Virus record (IMG/VR): IMGVR_UViG_3300023714_000001
Direction: 5' to 3' (one strand)
DNA length: 64,000 nucleotides
Origin: a virus
Taxonomy: Duplodnaviria > Caudoviricetes
Position numbers and translations under genes: made by a program. Within the stretch, counting starts at the first letter, position 1; each line of letters starts with the position of its first letter. The notes below the pieces were generated by a model, which was not told the DNA's origin, did no database searches, and worked only from the letters and a program-made list of their open reading frames with translations. Below, in pieces: positions 29,951-40,710 of the stretch.

Positions 29951-30237
29951 CTTCCTGTCTTCTTTCCCCAGTGCAATTTAATATCTAACCCATCCGTATT
30001 TTTTATTTTTACAAATTCGATCTCTTTCCCAGTTAAATCTTCGTCGGTATCTATGCATACCCCGCTAGGAAAATCGAAGGGGAGACTGTAATAATACATC
30101 TTGCCGTCAACTACGGCGATATTGCAATCACAATACTCGTACGCGCTATCCAATGTTATCAATGCGCCATGTCTTTTGGGCGAAAATTTTTTTAGCAATA
30201 ACGTATCGATTATTTTATATTTTGTCTTGACCATCAT
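29944..30237 (-). CDS. Hypothetical protein (possible immunity protein)
   Basis: Coupled by ATGA overlap to a toxin-like gene. Confidence 0.5.
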   Translation of the reverse strand: MMVKTKYKIIDTLLLKKFSPKRHGALITLDSAYEYCDCNIAVVDGKMYYYSLPFDFPSGVCIDTDEDLTGKEIEFVKIKNTDGLDIKLHWGKKTGRW

Positions 30238-30803
30238 ACATCCCCCTTAATTATATTTTCTAACTCTTTTTGATAGCGTTTAAGATTTTCTTGTGTAATT
30301 CTAATCTCTGATTCTGGAATTTTATATTTATCCGCGACACTGAGCATGTATTGTTGTGCATCAATTTCTCTGCGCAGCAACACTTCTCTGTTTAAGACCT
30401 CTCCGAACTTATTGCTCCTGTCTTGTTTGGCGTGATACATTTCTTCAAGAACATCCGAAACTGTGGCATCATTTCTGATAAAAGCAACATTTCCGCCCAC
30501 CATATATGATGCGTAACCGTCCATGTTTTTAAGATGTTTCTCGGCTTCCTCACCCCGGATAATTATACCGTTATTTTTTATAAAGCTATTAGTTAGCTTA
30601 TGATATGTGGGTTTGTCGATGATTTCAAAACCGTCATCACGAACTCTGCGGCGAAGCATTTCTAGGGCATCTTCTGTCGGGGTTATTAATCTTGCGTTCG
30701 TGCTTATGCTTAACGGAGGTATCCGAAACAGTTCTGATTGCTGCAATACGGACTGCGTTGATTTGCTAATACCTCTAAAAGGAAACGGGTTAAATAAGCG
30801 CAT
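30234..30803 (-). CDS. Zincin-like metallopeptidase toxin-domain protein (Tox-MPTase-like)
   Basis: ATVSDVLEEMYHAKQ...REIDAQ. Confidence 0.55.
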   Translation of the reverse strand: MRLFNPFPFRGISKSTQSVLQQSELFRIPPLSISTNARLITPTEDALEMLRRRVRDDGFEIIDKPTYHKLTNSFIKNNGIIIRGEEAEKHLKNMDGYASYMVGGNVAFIRNDATVSDVLEEMYHAKQDRSNKFGEVLNREVLLRREIDAQQYMLSVADKYKIPESEIRITQENLKRYQKELENIIKGDV

Positions 30804-30897
30804 ATGGGGCTCTCCTTATTATTTTAACATATTTTGTTAAAAATCTCTATCGTTTGCCTGTGTTTCCACGGGCAAACTAACAAACTTCTAACCAGAG

Positions 30898-33800
30898 TCA
30901 AGCGATGAGCGATACGCAGTTGTCGACAGGAATCTGCACAAACTGGAGCTTGGGGCGTTCGCTAAACTGCAAGCGCTTTTCTGCCAGCTTAAGAATCTTA
31001 TCCTTTGCTGCTTCCGTCTCATCTTTAGAAGAATCCCCTGCTTCAGAGTCCTTGGTAAGGCTGAAGTTATTGGTATCTACCTTGATGTGCTCGTTATTCA
31101 CGATACTCTTGGCGATCTTCATTGTGATATCTGTATCCTCAGTCATAGACTGCAGTGCAGATTCGGAGAAGTCGCCTTCGATAGACTTGGATGCCGTAAG
31201 CTTCTGACTGATGGCGCCCAGGATGTCCTCCTGAACCGAATTCTCATAGTACATGAAGTATACGGATACGGGATGTTCCTGATTGATACGATTTGAACGC
31301 TGGGAAGCCTGACGGATTTTAGTGAGTTCCGTGCCGGTTTCATAGAAGATAATCGTCGTGTAATCCAAAAGATTTACACCGACATCCACTTCAGCCGGGT
31401 TCATAATAACCGCATCTACCTCACCTTCTTTGGCGAGATTGGTTAACCACTTCTGACGTTTTGCCGGAGCCATCTTCGGCATAACAATGGCGTTAACATC
31501 ATTATCCCGAAGAAGTTCGGATAAACGAGAGGCAATATTAAGCGACTGGGAGAACTCAACATAGATGAGCATCTTCTCGCCTTCATCCTTATGCTTCTTT
31601 GCAATGCGGATAAGTTCAGTCTCTTTATTGCGGATTGTCTTATCCGAGAGTTCTATGGACTCACCGTTATCAACACGGCGAGTATCAAGGCCGAACGGCT
31701 GGTCAAGGAACATATTCGCGGTAAGAACAGCGTGTTTTACCGCCCGGCGCGTCTGATTACGCACACCGCCGTTTGCGGTAGTCACCAATTCGCTTACTCT
31801 TTCCAGGATAGAATTATAAGCCGTGGCCAACTCGTCATCCATTTTGACGCCAACCGGCGTTTCCGTATACTCGCAAAGGTCTTCGCGGATATCTTCCTTC
31901 TTAACAGCTACAAGATTATTGATGAGGAAGTCCGCAACAAGTACCTGGGAAATCCCCGGCAATTCTTTGCGCTCCTTTTTCTTTCTTATACCGTTAAGAG
32001 ACTGCCGCCCGCGACTATCCGTAAACAGTGTCCCTGTATGAATTTCCTTGCGTTCGACAACGCCATAATCGTTATTGAACTTCGTGATATCGTCATGAGT
32101 GTATCCGCGTTCGAGCATCTTCTTTGTCTGAGTACGGAAAAGCAAGTGGAACAAACCTTTGGCATAACCATTGGAAAGTGTACCAGTCAGACAAATCGTC
32201 TTCCAGCAAGCGCCGATAACCGTACCAAATGCTTCGCCGCGCTTTGAGTCAGAAGCAAGCTGATGTACTTCATCGCAGATAAGATAGTCAAAGCAATGGT
32301 TCATGTGCTTGCGGATATAATGCGCAATAGAGTAACGGCGCGGATAAATGCTGGAGGAGCCGTGCGCTTCATAATCCAGAATAGCCTTGAGCTGCTTATT
32401 AAGTGTACTGCTCCAGGTGCGTGGCGCGTATTCATCGATGTTTGCCTGTGCCATCTCGAGCTCCTCTTTGTAAGAAGCGATATTCTTACGCTGAATCCAG
32501 CCGAGCCCCTGAACATTCACCCAGTTCATTTCACTTACCCAGCCGTTTTTGGCAATAATGCTTTCCGGCTCTTCTTTAACGCGACGCGCCACAGTCCATA
32601 GGTGAGCTCCGCAGCCACTTGCCACCAATCCTTTTTCATTGATAACTCTGACGCATTTAGCGTTGTTATTGTTTTTGGAGAAAAAGTCGCGATGACTGGA
32701 AAGATCGCTTGCTTCGGCATTGCCGCCATTAAGCGTACGCTTTTCGGTTGTTATAATCGGGCGGCCACAATGCGGACATACATAACATTTACGATAGTTA
32801 TCCCAAACAACGCCAGGGCGCTCTTCGTAGCTGCTTTTAATCGTGTTTTCCGACATCACAATCCAGAGCGGGCGGAGACGCAACGGGCTCTTGATAAACT
32901 TTGTTGCCTCTAAAAATTCTTTGAGATCGGATACGACGCGGACGTCGGCCAGCGGGTTTAAACCATGAATAGTTTCGACCCATTCCGGAATAGTTTTTGA
33001 CGGAACCATCACGAGAGCAGAATAATTAGCCTTACGTGCATGGGAAGATACTACGCCAATGGCCATAGTGGTTTTTCCCGATCCAGTCTGCCCGGAGATA
33101 ATAACATTATCCTGAGTATCCAGACTGGTTACTGCAGACTGGATAACTTCCTTCTGCACGCGATACGGCACAAAGTCTTTGGAATAATACGTTGCTACTT
33201 CAAAGAAGTCATCGACCTTCTTGCTGAACTTCATTGTGTTGGGGTCAAACAACGGCTTAAATTCTTCCTGTGCCCGGTTAGCCAGTGTCTGGCCAAAGGC
33301 TTCTTGATAAGAATCAATACCCGTTACCTTAAGAAGTTCCGGGCTGGAAGAATTGCAGCCGTCTATGGAAATCAAACCGCTCTTCAAACCATCCGTAATC
33401 CATGAGCGAATATCATGTTCGCGAATCTGATATGCAATGATGGTGCGAAAACCATAATGATTGAATACGTCTTCCTGCATATTAAAGCTGGAAGAATAAA
33501 ACATGCTATGGTTGCGAAGGGATTCCCTTGCGATATATTCAGACCATTCCCTAAGCACAGGGATGGTTGTATTATCTACGATAGCTTCATATATGGCATC
33601 AGATACGCTCTTGGGGATAATATCCGGCGTATAAACGCTTTCGATATTGAAATCGGATCTGGAGAATGTATTGTAGATTGCTGCTACACCGCTCATGCCC
33701 TCCAGAGCTTTCTTGCGGGAAAATACGAGATGAACGAAACCATCACGGCCCTTGTAGGATTGAACGTCCATAACGTGTTTGTCAAAACCAATGCGGGGGC

Positions 33801-34059
33801 CGTTACTTCTGATAACCAAATACCGGTAAGTATTAAAAGCATGGGATACGGTTTTCGCATCGGCACCTCGGAGTAAAACCGAGAAAAACATCAGGCTTTC
33901 AAACTGACGGCAAACACTAATAGCGTCCGAATAGCCGTTAATGATAATAGGGTCTCCTCCTCTATCACTAGCTAAAGAAATGCTGCAAGATGTTAACATA
34001 TTCGATATCCATCCTTTCTTTTTTGCCGCCAATTTGACCAAGCGGCTTTTAACTGGCAA
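30898..34059 (-). CDS. Large SF2 (SNF2/DEAD-like) helicase
   Basis: GQTGSGKT, DEVH, LTGT, VGVNL and QASQRSNRINQ motifs. Confidence 0.8.
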   Translation of the reverse strand: MPVKSRLVKLAAKKKGWISNMLTSCSISLASDRGGDPIIINGYSDAISVCRQFESLMFFSVLLRGADAKTVSHAFNTYRYLVIRSNGPRIGFDKHVMDVQSYKGRDGFVHLVFSRKKALEGMSGVAAIYNTFSRSDFNIESVYTPDIIPKSVSDAIYEAIVDNTTIPVLREWSEYIARESLRNHSMFYSSSFNMQEDVFNHYGFRTIIAYQIREHDIRSWITDGLKSGLISIDGCNSSSPELLKVTGIDSYQEAFGQTLANRAQEEFKPLFDPNTMKFSKKVDDFFEVATYYSKDFVPYRVQKEVIQSAVTSLDTQDNVIISGQTGSGKTTMAIGVVSSHARKANYSALVMVPSKTIPEWVETIHGLNPLADVRVVSDLKEFLEATKFIKSPLRLRPLWIVMSENTIKSSYEERPGVVWDNYRKCYVCPHCGRPIITTEKRTLNGGNAEASDLSSHRDFFSKNNNNAKCVRVINEKGLVASGCGAHLWTVARRVKEEPESIIAKNGWVSEMNWVNVQGLGWIQRKNIASYKEELEMAQANIDEYAPRTWSSTLNKQLKAILDYEAHGSSSIYPRRYSIAHYIRKHMNHCFDYLICDEVHQLASDSKRGEAFGTVIGACWKTICLTGTLSNGYAKGLFHLLFRTQTKKMLERGYTHDDITKFNNDYGVVERKEIHTGTLFTDSRGRQSLNGIRKKKERKELPGISQVLVADFLINNLVAVKKEDIREDLCEYTETPVGVKMDDELATAYNSILERVSELVTTANGGVRNQTRRAVKHAVLTANMFLDQPFGLDTRRVDNGESIELSDKTIRNKETELIRIAKKHKDEGEKMLIYVEFSQSLNIASRLSELLRDNDVNAIVMPKMAPAKRQKWLTNLAKEGEVDAVIMNPAEVDVGVNLLDYTTIIFYETGTELTKIRQASQRSNRINQEHPVSVYFMYYENSVQEDILGAISQKLTASKSIEGDFSESALQSMTEDTDITMKIAKSIVNNEHIKVDTNNFSLTKDSEAGDSSKDETEAAKDKILKLAEKRLQFSERPKLQFVQIPVDNCVSLIA

Positions 34060-35548
34060 CGGCTATACTTTTATACACGCCGTCTCCAGAGAAAACATTT
34101 ATTTCGATAAGATTATTCTCAATAGTTGTGGTCGTTTCCGTAGCGTTATCCGGGTCGGAATAATCGTTCTGTACGGTGCTCACATGCCCCTTATATACCC
34201 GCCCGCGGATAACATGCTTATGACCATTTCCTTCGTCGATAATTCCGTCCAGTTTTCCGGAAGCAATCATCTGACCAATCTGCCCCTTCTTCAATGGGAG
34301 CAATGGTTTAATCTTTGTCTTTGGCGGAGTTTTGTAGACTCCGCGGATATTGGATTCACTGAGCACGATTTCCAAAATGGCCTTATCCATCATACTGCCC
34401 GTAACGAGATGAAGCTCCCCTTTGTCATTCGACGGGATGGTTTTTATCGCTTCGGCGATCATATCGTCCGTAATCTCTTCTACGGGTTTGATGTTCATAA
34501 GGGCTTTGAAGTTTTCTTCCCGCTCTTCCTCTGTCATGTTCTGCGTATATCGCAGGGCCACCAAGGTATACTGTGCTTTAAAAACAGGGTCGGGCAACTT
34601 CAGGCTCCATAAGAATTTGTGCGTAGAACGCAAGGCCAGAATCTCTTTGGACCGCCACATAAAATCCGGGACCAGCGCAAGAATAAGCCCGCCTTCTCGC
34701 ATATATTTGCCAATGCGGGACATATCCTTGTTAAAGTCACTGGGTTTTACCACTTCTGTCGTGCGGGATTCATCGTGATAGCATAACTTCTCAGTAAAAC
34801 GGTGCACAGCAATATCCAGAGAGTGGTTGGAAAAACGGAAGGATTCTGTCGGGCCGATAGCAACCTTAGTAAAACACTTGCGTACATCCAGGTCAATTCG
34901 GTCACCTTCATTGCTGTGATACGTAGCATACAGCCGTTGCGGCACTGCGCCTTCTTCTGAGGTTTCCATTCCCTTGATCTCTTTGGATAAGCCGACCATA
35001 TACTCAATGTTCGACAATAGAATGTTATGTGTGCGCTGGCCAATAACCTTCTTTACAACAGACTCGATAATATCCTTACCGGCATCATGTCCAAAACGAG
35101 GCTCGTCTTCATGCTTGTAGTTCGGGCAGAGGTAAACCCGGCACTGCATAAAATCACGAGATTCTTCTTTGTCATTGCGAGAATTGCGGCGTATCTGGTA
35201 GGTGATATCATCTTCTTTTTCCGCAACAGTATCCATGAACGATTTGAACATGTCCAGAACAAAATCGTCCATTTCCTTGAGTTTCTTTAAATCGCAAATA
35301 CTCTTCGCGCCTTTAATTAGGCGATTTGCAAGCCCCTCAAGCGTTGTTACATCTTCGCTGACAGAATATAAACACTTGATTTCATCCATGGCTTTGGATA
35401 TGTCGTGTTCCTGCAGCAATATGTCTTTGTATTTGCGGGCGGCAAGTTCTTCATTGTTCGGTGCTTTAAGTACTGCTTTTACGTCACTGATAACAATCTG
35501 CATTTTATCTGCCAAAATATGCCCCGCCGTAGATTCGTGGTAAGCCAA
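34049..35548 (-). CDS. DUF6094-like protein (degenerate methyltransferase fold)
   Basis: C-terminal PLLPLKKGQIGQMIASGKLDG...HVIRGRVYK and MREGGLILALVP; no NPPY-type motif. Confidence 0.55.
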   Translation of the reverse strand: MAYHESTAGHILADKMQIVISDVKAVLKAPNNEELAARKYKDILLQEHDISKAMDEIKCLYSVSEDVTTLEGLANRLIKGAKSICDLKKLKEMDDFVLDMFKSFMDTVAEKEDDITYQIRRNSRNDKEESRDFMQCRVYLCPNYKHEDEPRFGHDAGKDIIESVVKKVIGQRTHNILLSNIEYMVGLSKEIKGMETSEEGAVPQRLYATYHSNEGDRIDLDVRKCFTKVAIGPTESFRFSNHSLDIAVHRFTEKLCYHDESRTTEVVKPSDFNKDMSRIGKYMREGGLILALVPDFMWRSKEILALRSTHKFLWSLKLPDPVFKAQYTLVALRYTQNMTEEEREENFKALMNIKPVEEITDDMIAEAIKTIPSNDKGELHLVTGSMMDKAILEIVLSESNIRGVYKTPPKTKIKPLLPLKKGQIGQMIASGKLDGIIDEGNGHKHVIRGRVYKGHVSTVQNDYSDPDNATETTTTIENNLIEINVFSGDGVYKSIAVAS

Positions 35549-35608
35549 CTATATCACTCCTTTTACTTTCGATAATAATGGGCAGAAGACACCCTCTGCC
35601 CAGTTTTC

Positions 35609-36448
35609 TTAGCTCGCTTTCTTGCGACGCTGTTCGTAGTTCTGTTTTATTTCCTGCTGTTTCTCAGGGGACAATGCGCGGTATCTGTCTCCCACAGGAA
35701 GGTCTAGTTCGCTTCTGGGGATATACACTTTATTTTCACGAGACAAGCGGATAGTATCCAAATGCTTTGCTGTATGCGAGATACGTTCCATCTGCTCGCG
35801 AATAACCCCGGCCAATGTTGCCAGCGGCTTTAAGTCTTCCTGTGCGTTCTTAAATGCCTGCCGTTTTACTTCTAAATGATGGCCCAGTTGGTAAAGTTTA
35901 AAACCTTCATAGGCATTGCGCTTAGGCATCCGAAGCTCATGCAGGAAATCCTGTAACTCTCTGTCTGCTTCAGACACCTTGGAAGAACAGTATGAATACT
36001 GCGCTTCTACATTTTCCATCATTTCGATGAAGTCTCTTAGAACTTTTCGATAGCCCAGTATAGGGGCCATTTTAGGGTTATTGACGATGTAATATTCCGG
36101 ATTTTCCTGCTCAGCGGTAAAACGATACTGGGCAAGCCCGGATTTTTTAGCCTGAGCCTTTACCGAAAGCTTCGGCGTCGAATTTTCCTGCTGCGGCTCT
36201 GTTTTTTCTGCAGGCATCACAGTATTTGTCTGGATAACCTTAAATGTGGTTTCCGGTTTTGTTTCAGCCGCTTTTCGCATGCGTTCATCCAGAGATATGT
36301 TGCTGTCCGCTGCAACTTGCTCTCTATTCTTCGCTTCCATCTCTCTGATCTTGTCAAAGAGCTTGTCCGTGCTGGAACGGCACGCTTTTGGTCCATTGTT
36401 TGCTAACAGCCTTTTTACATCTAACCTACGTTTCTTTCCGTATTTCAT
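35609..36448 (-). CDS. Hypothetical helical protein
   Basis: 279-aa ORF with RBS. Confidence 0.55.
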   Translation of the reverse strand: MKYGKKRRLDVKRLLANNGPKACRSSTDKLFDKIREMEAKNREQVAADSNISLDERMRKAAETKPETTFKVIQTNTVMPAEKTEPQQENSTPKLSVKAQAKKSGLAQYRFTAEQENPEYYIVNNPKMAPILGYRKVLRDFIEMMENVEAQYSYCSSKVSEADRELQDFLHELRMPKRNAYEGFKLYQLGHHLEVKRQAFKNAQEDLKPLATLAGVIREQMERISHTAKHLDTIRLSRENKVYIPRSELDLPVGDRYRALSPEKQQEIKQNYEQRRKKAS

Positions 36449-36540
36449 GGGGGCATTTACCCCTCCCTTCTTGAATAGGTTGTATTTGTGCTCTACCTGT
36501 CCCTTATTTTATCACAAAACATTTAAGAAGTAAACACTAC

Positions 36541-36738
36541 TTACATGATTTTAACTACGCCGGGAATATTTAGTAGTTCGGCGATGCGCTCTTTTCCATG
36601 CTCGTGGCGGCATTTTCCACATACATATCCATAAGTCACAAAATCTGTGCCCTGGATTTGGTTTTCTTCCGTTGCTTCAATTTCTTTCCCGCAGATCTTA
36701 CATTTGCAAATCATAGCTTTATCTGTCATAAAAATCAT
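36541..36738 (-). CDS. Small zinc-finger protein
   Basis: CKICG...VCGKC. Confidence 0.5.
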   Translation of the reverse strand: MIFMTDKAMICKCKICGKEIEATEENQIQGTDFVTYGYVCGKCRHEHGKERIAELLNIPGVVKIM

Positions 36739-36746
36739 CCCTTCTT

Positions 36747-37076
36747 TTATAAACTTTCTCTTTTTAAGGCCACGCCGCGCCGGCCCAACCTGATACCATA
36801 TTGAATGCAGTCTTCCGCAAACAACTTGAATGCGTCCTCGAATGCATCTACAATTATGTCTTTTTCTTCTTCGCTAAAATCCGGAAGCATGCGAATTATG
36901 TTGATGAGGCCGTCCTTGGACTGTACTGATAATGGCGACAACGCTTTATTGATATCAATATTTTCCACAGCTTCCTCCTGTGACCGAAAAGCCACTATAC
37001 GTTTTCGAAATTCCTCAATGGGTAAAAGTTCCACCAATCCTTCCACCTGCCCTAAACAAAAAAATAAGCCGCCCAA
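36747..37076 (-). CDS. Hypothetical protein (start uncertain)
   Basis: ORF within the operon. Confidence 0.45.
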   Translation of the reverse strand: MGGLFFCLGQVEGLVELLPIEEFRKRIVAFRSQEEAVENIDINKALSPLSVQSKDGLINIIRMLPDFSEEEKDIIVDAFEDAFKLFAEDCIQYGIRLGRRGVALKRESL

Positions 37077-37093
37077 AAGCGGGCGGCCGGTTA

Positions 37094-37783
37094 TTATGCT
37101 GCGGCAATCTCCGCGGCATGGTCTTTCAGATCATGGGCCAGGATTAACTGAGCCCAGGACTCAAACTTATTAAAATTGCGTAACAGATCTTTTTTGGTCA
37201 TCCATATACCAGCGAGGGTATCTGTCTCCCGAATTGACACCTTACCGCATTCATCTGCATCGATAACCATGTTATATACCAGACCGAAGTGATCCGGCGT
37301 GGTGCTCTTAAGATCGCGCACTGTGCCGTGCTCAATTATCTTAATTGCGGTCTTCGGAATATTGTCCAGAACGAGTTCTTCATTCAGCTCACGATTAAGA
37401 CTGTTAAGCATCATGCTCTGAACACCGCTGCGGTTATCATCACAGGGATTTACATGACCGCCAAAGCCTAAAGACATTTTGCCTTCCAGTCTTTTATCGC
37501 CTTTAAGACGCTGGGAGACAAAATATTCGCCCTTCGTGTTGGATACGAGAACATACGGGATGGCCTGTACAACGCCAATGTTGCCTTCAGCATCAGCTCG
37601 CTCGATGAACTTACCGTAAGGCAAAACCGCGCAGAACACGGACTTGGGAGTCTGTTTTTTGTTCCACGCGGTGAAACCATCATCTATAATCCCCGTCTGG
37701 GGGAACGGCACGACGTATACACGCTCATTGCCGTATTTTTCCTTTAGCTCTTCGTACCTTTGCTGTGTAATGTCCTTACGCAT
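37094..37783 (-). CDS. Nudix-family phosphoesterase (YmaB-like)
   Basis: QAIPY, SLGFGGHVNP, RELNEE and FESWAQ motifs. Confidence 0.8.
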   Translation of the reverse strand: MRKDITQQRYEELKEKYGNERVYVVPFPQTGIIDDGFTAWNKKQTPKSVFCAVLPYGKFIERADAEGNIGVVQAIPYVLVSNTKGEYFVSQRLKGDKRLEGKMSLGFGGHVNPCDDNRSGVQSMMLNSLNRELNEELVLDNIPKTAIKIIEHGTVRDLKSTTPDHFGLVYNMVIDADECGKVSIRETDTLAGIWMTKKDLLRNFNKFESWAQLILAHDLKDHAAEIAAA

Positions 37784-38046
37784 CAGTCGAACTTCAGCTG
37801 GGACTTGAAACCGAGCTTGTTCGTCTCAGCAATTTCGATAGCTTCGCCGGTCTGCGGGTTGCGGCCGGTACGTGCATTGGTGTGCTTCTTGAAGAACTTA
37901 CCATAGCCGATAAAACGCACTTCTTCGCCCGCTTCTACCTTTTCTGCAATAGTCTTCCAGAAGGCATTCAGAACGGCCTTGGTATCCTTCGTGCATACGC
38001 CGGTGTTTTCAGCAATCTGGTTAGTGAGTTCATTAATTCCGATCAT
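37783..38046 (-). CDS. hup: HU-family DNA-binding protein
   Basis: GYGKF...ARTGRNPQTGEAIEI. Confidence 0.92.
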   Translation of the reverse strand: MIGINELTNQIAENTGVCTKDTKAVLNAFWKTIAEKVEAGEEVRFIGYGKFFKKHTNARTGRNPQTGEAIEIAETNKLGFKSQLKFD

Positions 38047-38075
38047 TTTTACATTTTCCTCTCTTGATTGAAAAA

Positions 38076-38447
38076 TTACTTTAAGAAATAGCTGGTAGCA
38101 AAACGTACCTTGCTGGGCTTAATCTTAAGTTTAGCCCCTAAGCACTGCAGCAAGCAATCCGAACAAACTGGGTCGTACCGATGCGGAAGCTCCATAGCTT
38201 TGCGGACAAAACCACAATCACTTTTTGCATTAAGCCGGTAGTATGATTTTGGCGGCTCAAAATACTTCCAGACACAATCCAGTTGTACCTTGCGTCCCGT
38301 TGCGACATGCACGAACGTAGCTCCATTAGCGCTGTCCCGGCGAAATACATCCGATGGCTCATCCATCAGGGCCCGCCGGAGATCGCCACAGTCCGCGCCA
38401 TCTATGTTGCGATGGCCGTATTCTGCGATAAGGTCAATGGTTTCCAT
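38076..38447 (-). CDS. Hypothetical protein
   Basis: AGGTGG RBS and ORF. Confidence 0.5.
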   Translation of the reverse strand: METIDLIAEYGHRNIDGADCGDLRRALMDEPSDVFRRDSANGATFVHVATGRKVQLDCVWKYFEPPKSYYRLNAKSDCGFVRKAMELPHRYDPVCSDCLLQCLGAKLKIKPSKVRFATSYFLK

Positions 38448-38459
38448 ACAGACACCACC

Positions 38460-38873
38460 TTAATCATCGCAGTTATGGCAGATAAAAGTGTTTGAGGTTT
38501 CACCCGTGAACGGGTCAAGCATGGTTGTGAGATCACCACAATTGCCACAAACCTTCTGTCCGCATTCGCCGCAGGTATAGATATTTTCGCTTTCCTTGCC
38601 GCAGATTGAACATACACCTTTTTCACTTGCTGGCTTCTCATCATCCTCTGCATCTTTATTGACCAGACGAGAGAGCTCATTAAGTGAAAGTTCCGGGTGC
38701 TCATCCTTGACAACGGGCTTTGCCGTTTTGTTTTGCGTTTTGCTATTCTCTTTACTTAGGCACATGCGGCAGTTAAATTCTAACTGTCCCAGCTGCGCCA
38801 GCGTTTGGAAATGCTGGACATATCTACAAACCTGATTATGCAGACATACCCTGCAATCTTTCGCTTCTGACAT
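38460..38873 (-). CDS. Cys-rich zinc-binding protein
   Basis: Multiple CxxC pairs. Confidence 0.55.
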   Translation of the reverse strand: MSEAKDCRVCLHNQVCRYVQHFQTLAQLGQLEFNCRMCLSKENSKTQNKTAKPVVKDEHPELSLNELSRLVNKDAEDDEKPASEKGVCSICGKESENIYTCGECGQKVCGNCGDLTTMLDPFTGETSNTFICHNCDD

Positions 38874-38914
38874 AATATTAACACCTTCTTACATCTTTTG
38901 TCAAGAAAAATTAG

Positions 38915-40081
38915 TTAAGCTGTCCACAGACCGAATCTCTTACTGACAAATTGTTTGGCAATAAAAGCTTCGTCCGGGTCATCTATAGATTCCAAAATGC
39001 GGCGGATACCAGGCATAGCAGCCTGTTGCTTAGCCATGATGGCTGCATCTACACCATCTATGATGTCCTTTAGTGCATAATGCGAATAAGACATTGTATG
39101 GGATTCTACAAAGGGTTTGAGGTACTCCTTCATATCCTTGCCTAAATCGGCAATATCCCGATTGTCCGGCAGCACAACAATTTTGCTGTTGTGTACCCCT
39201 GCAGATACCAATGCCTCCATAGCTTTTACCATGCCTGCCCGCCCCGCCTTATCATTATCGTAACACACAATGGGACTGAAACCATGTTCCTTTATGTACT
39301 TGATATGACTTTCGGAAAGCGAGCTTGTCATGGTGGCTACCGCATTTGGTATGCCGTATTTATCCGCAATAATCGCATCTACTTGTCCTTCTACAATGAA
39401 AAGAGATTTATTCCTGCGATTTACGAAATTGATCCCATAGAAATTATCTTTCTTCTTAAACCATTTTGAGGCACTGGTGTTTTTATACTTACCTCCGGTC
39501 TCCTGCGCTTTTTGTGTAAACGCCCTGTTTGAAAAACCGATAACTTCTCCAATGGCATTAAAGATGGGAAACGTTATTCGCTCCCCATCAAATCCTAAAT
39601 GCCATTTTTTTATATCATTGTCGTTCAGGCCGCGGAAATACAGATAGTTCCTTACAAAATCGGTAAGGTTCTTTTCATATTTCTTGCAGTCAGCCATGTT
39701 CTTTTGGAATACGGAATCTGTTTTCCTTTCTTCCATAGGGATGCCGTAATAGTCTGCGACCATTTTAACGGCTTGTGGAAAGCTCAGTACTTGTCCGGTT
39801 TCGTTGTAGTGCATCCATCGGGCAAAAGCGATATTATCGCTGCCGCCTAACTGGTCACCACCCACAGCGTCATGATGACAGCCATAACAGCACCATGACT
39901 CAATACCATTGGCATTATTGGTATATACAGTGAAAGACGCTGTACCGTCATCATGGCTGGGGTTAGGACACTTTCCTTGCAAAATACCAGAACCGGCCGG
40001 GGAAAGTCTGGTGTAACGGCTGGCAAGTCCCTGGACTCCCAGCCTCTTTATCGTATCAATGAAACCAGGAGATAGGGACAT
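38915..40081 (-). CDS. dnaG: DNA primase (DnaG-type, zinc finger plus TOPRIM)
   Basis: CPxxxH...CYGC, RITFPI, KYKN, VEGQVD and YDNDKAG motifs. Confidence 0.9.
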   Translation of the reverse strand: MSLSPGFIDTIKRLGVQGLASRYTRLSPAGSGILQGKCPNPSHDDGTASFTVYTNNANGIESWCCYGCHHDAVGGDQLGGSDNIAFARWMHYNETGQVLSFPQAVKMVADYYGIPMEERKTDSVFQKNMADCKKYEKNLTDFVRNYLYFRGLNDNDIKKWHLGFDGERITFPIFNAIGEVIGFSNRAFTQKAQETGGKYKNTSASKWFKKKDNFYGINFVNRRNKSLFIVEGQVDAIIADKYGIPNAVATMTSSLSESHIKYIKEHGFSPIVCYDNDKAGRAGMVKAMEALVSAGVHNSKIVVLPDNRDIADLGKDMKEYLKPFVESHTMSYSHYALKDIIDGVDAAIMAKQQAAMPGIRRILESIDDPDEAFIAKQFVSKRFGLWTA

Positions 40082-40084
40082 AAC

Positions 40085-40693
40085 TTATGCCGCCTCCTCT
40101 GCCGCCTTATTAGCCTTTTTACGTGGCTTTGCAATGCTTACCTGCAAACCATCCTTCTTTTCGATATGAACGCCATGGATGACATTGCCATTGCCGTCCA
40201 CGAAGTAGTGGCCGGACTCATCCTTGCTCAGAAGGGAGCGCAGCTTAGTTTTGTTGATTGCCACTTTATCTTCGGCGCATTGGCCAAAGAGTTCGCTTTC
40301 ACGCAGATATTTGATAAGCTCAGCATCGTCTTCGATTTCCACGGAACCGACGTCTTCCTTGAGCTGCACATTGCCATGTAAAAGGGGGTAAGACCCTTTC
40401 TTGCCTTTGAGTTTGTTCATGGCATACGTTTTGAGCTGCTCGGTACGATACTCTACAAAATTGCGGAGGCGGCCATTAAGACGCTCCTCATAATCTTCAA
40501 GCATCTCCTTCAGCTCAGCCTTCTTGGCTTTAATGAGCTTATCGTTTTCTTCCATCTTTGCCTTGGCCCAGAGAACTTTGGCCAGGGCATCATCAGCTGC
40601 ATCATCATCCTCAAAAGCGGGAATGACGACTTCTTCGGTGGAAACTACTTTTTCGGTTTCCTTTTCGGACATAAAATCCAAAAGCATGCCCAT
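40085..40693 (-). CDS. Mu Gam-like host-nuclease inhibitor
   Basis: N-terminal coiled coil, SYPLLHGNV, INKTKL and GVHI motifs. Confidence 0.7.
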   Translation of the reverse strand: MGMLLDFMSEKETEKVVSTEEVVIPAFEDDDAADDALAKVLWAKAKMEENDKLIKAKKAELKEMLEDYEERLNGRLRNFVEYRTEQLKTYAMNKLKGKKGSYPLLHGNVQLKEDVGSVEIEDDAELIKYLRESELFGQCAEDKVAINKTKLRSLLSKDESGHYFVDGNGNVIHGVHIEKKDGLQVSIAKPRKKANKAAEEAA

Positions 40694-40710
40694 GAAAAAT
40701 CAGTCCTTTC

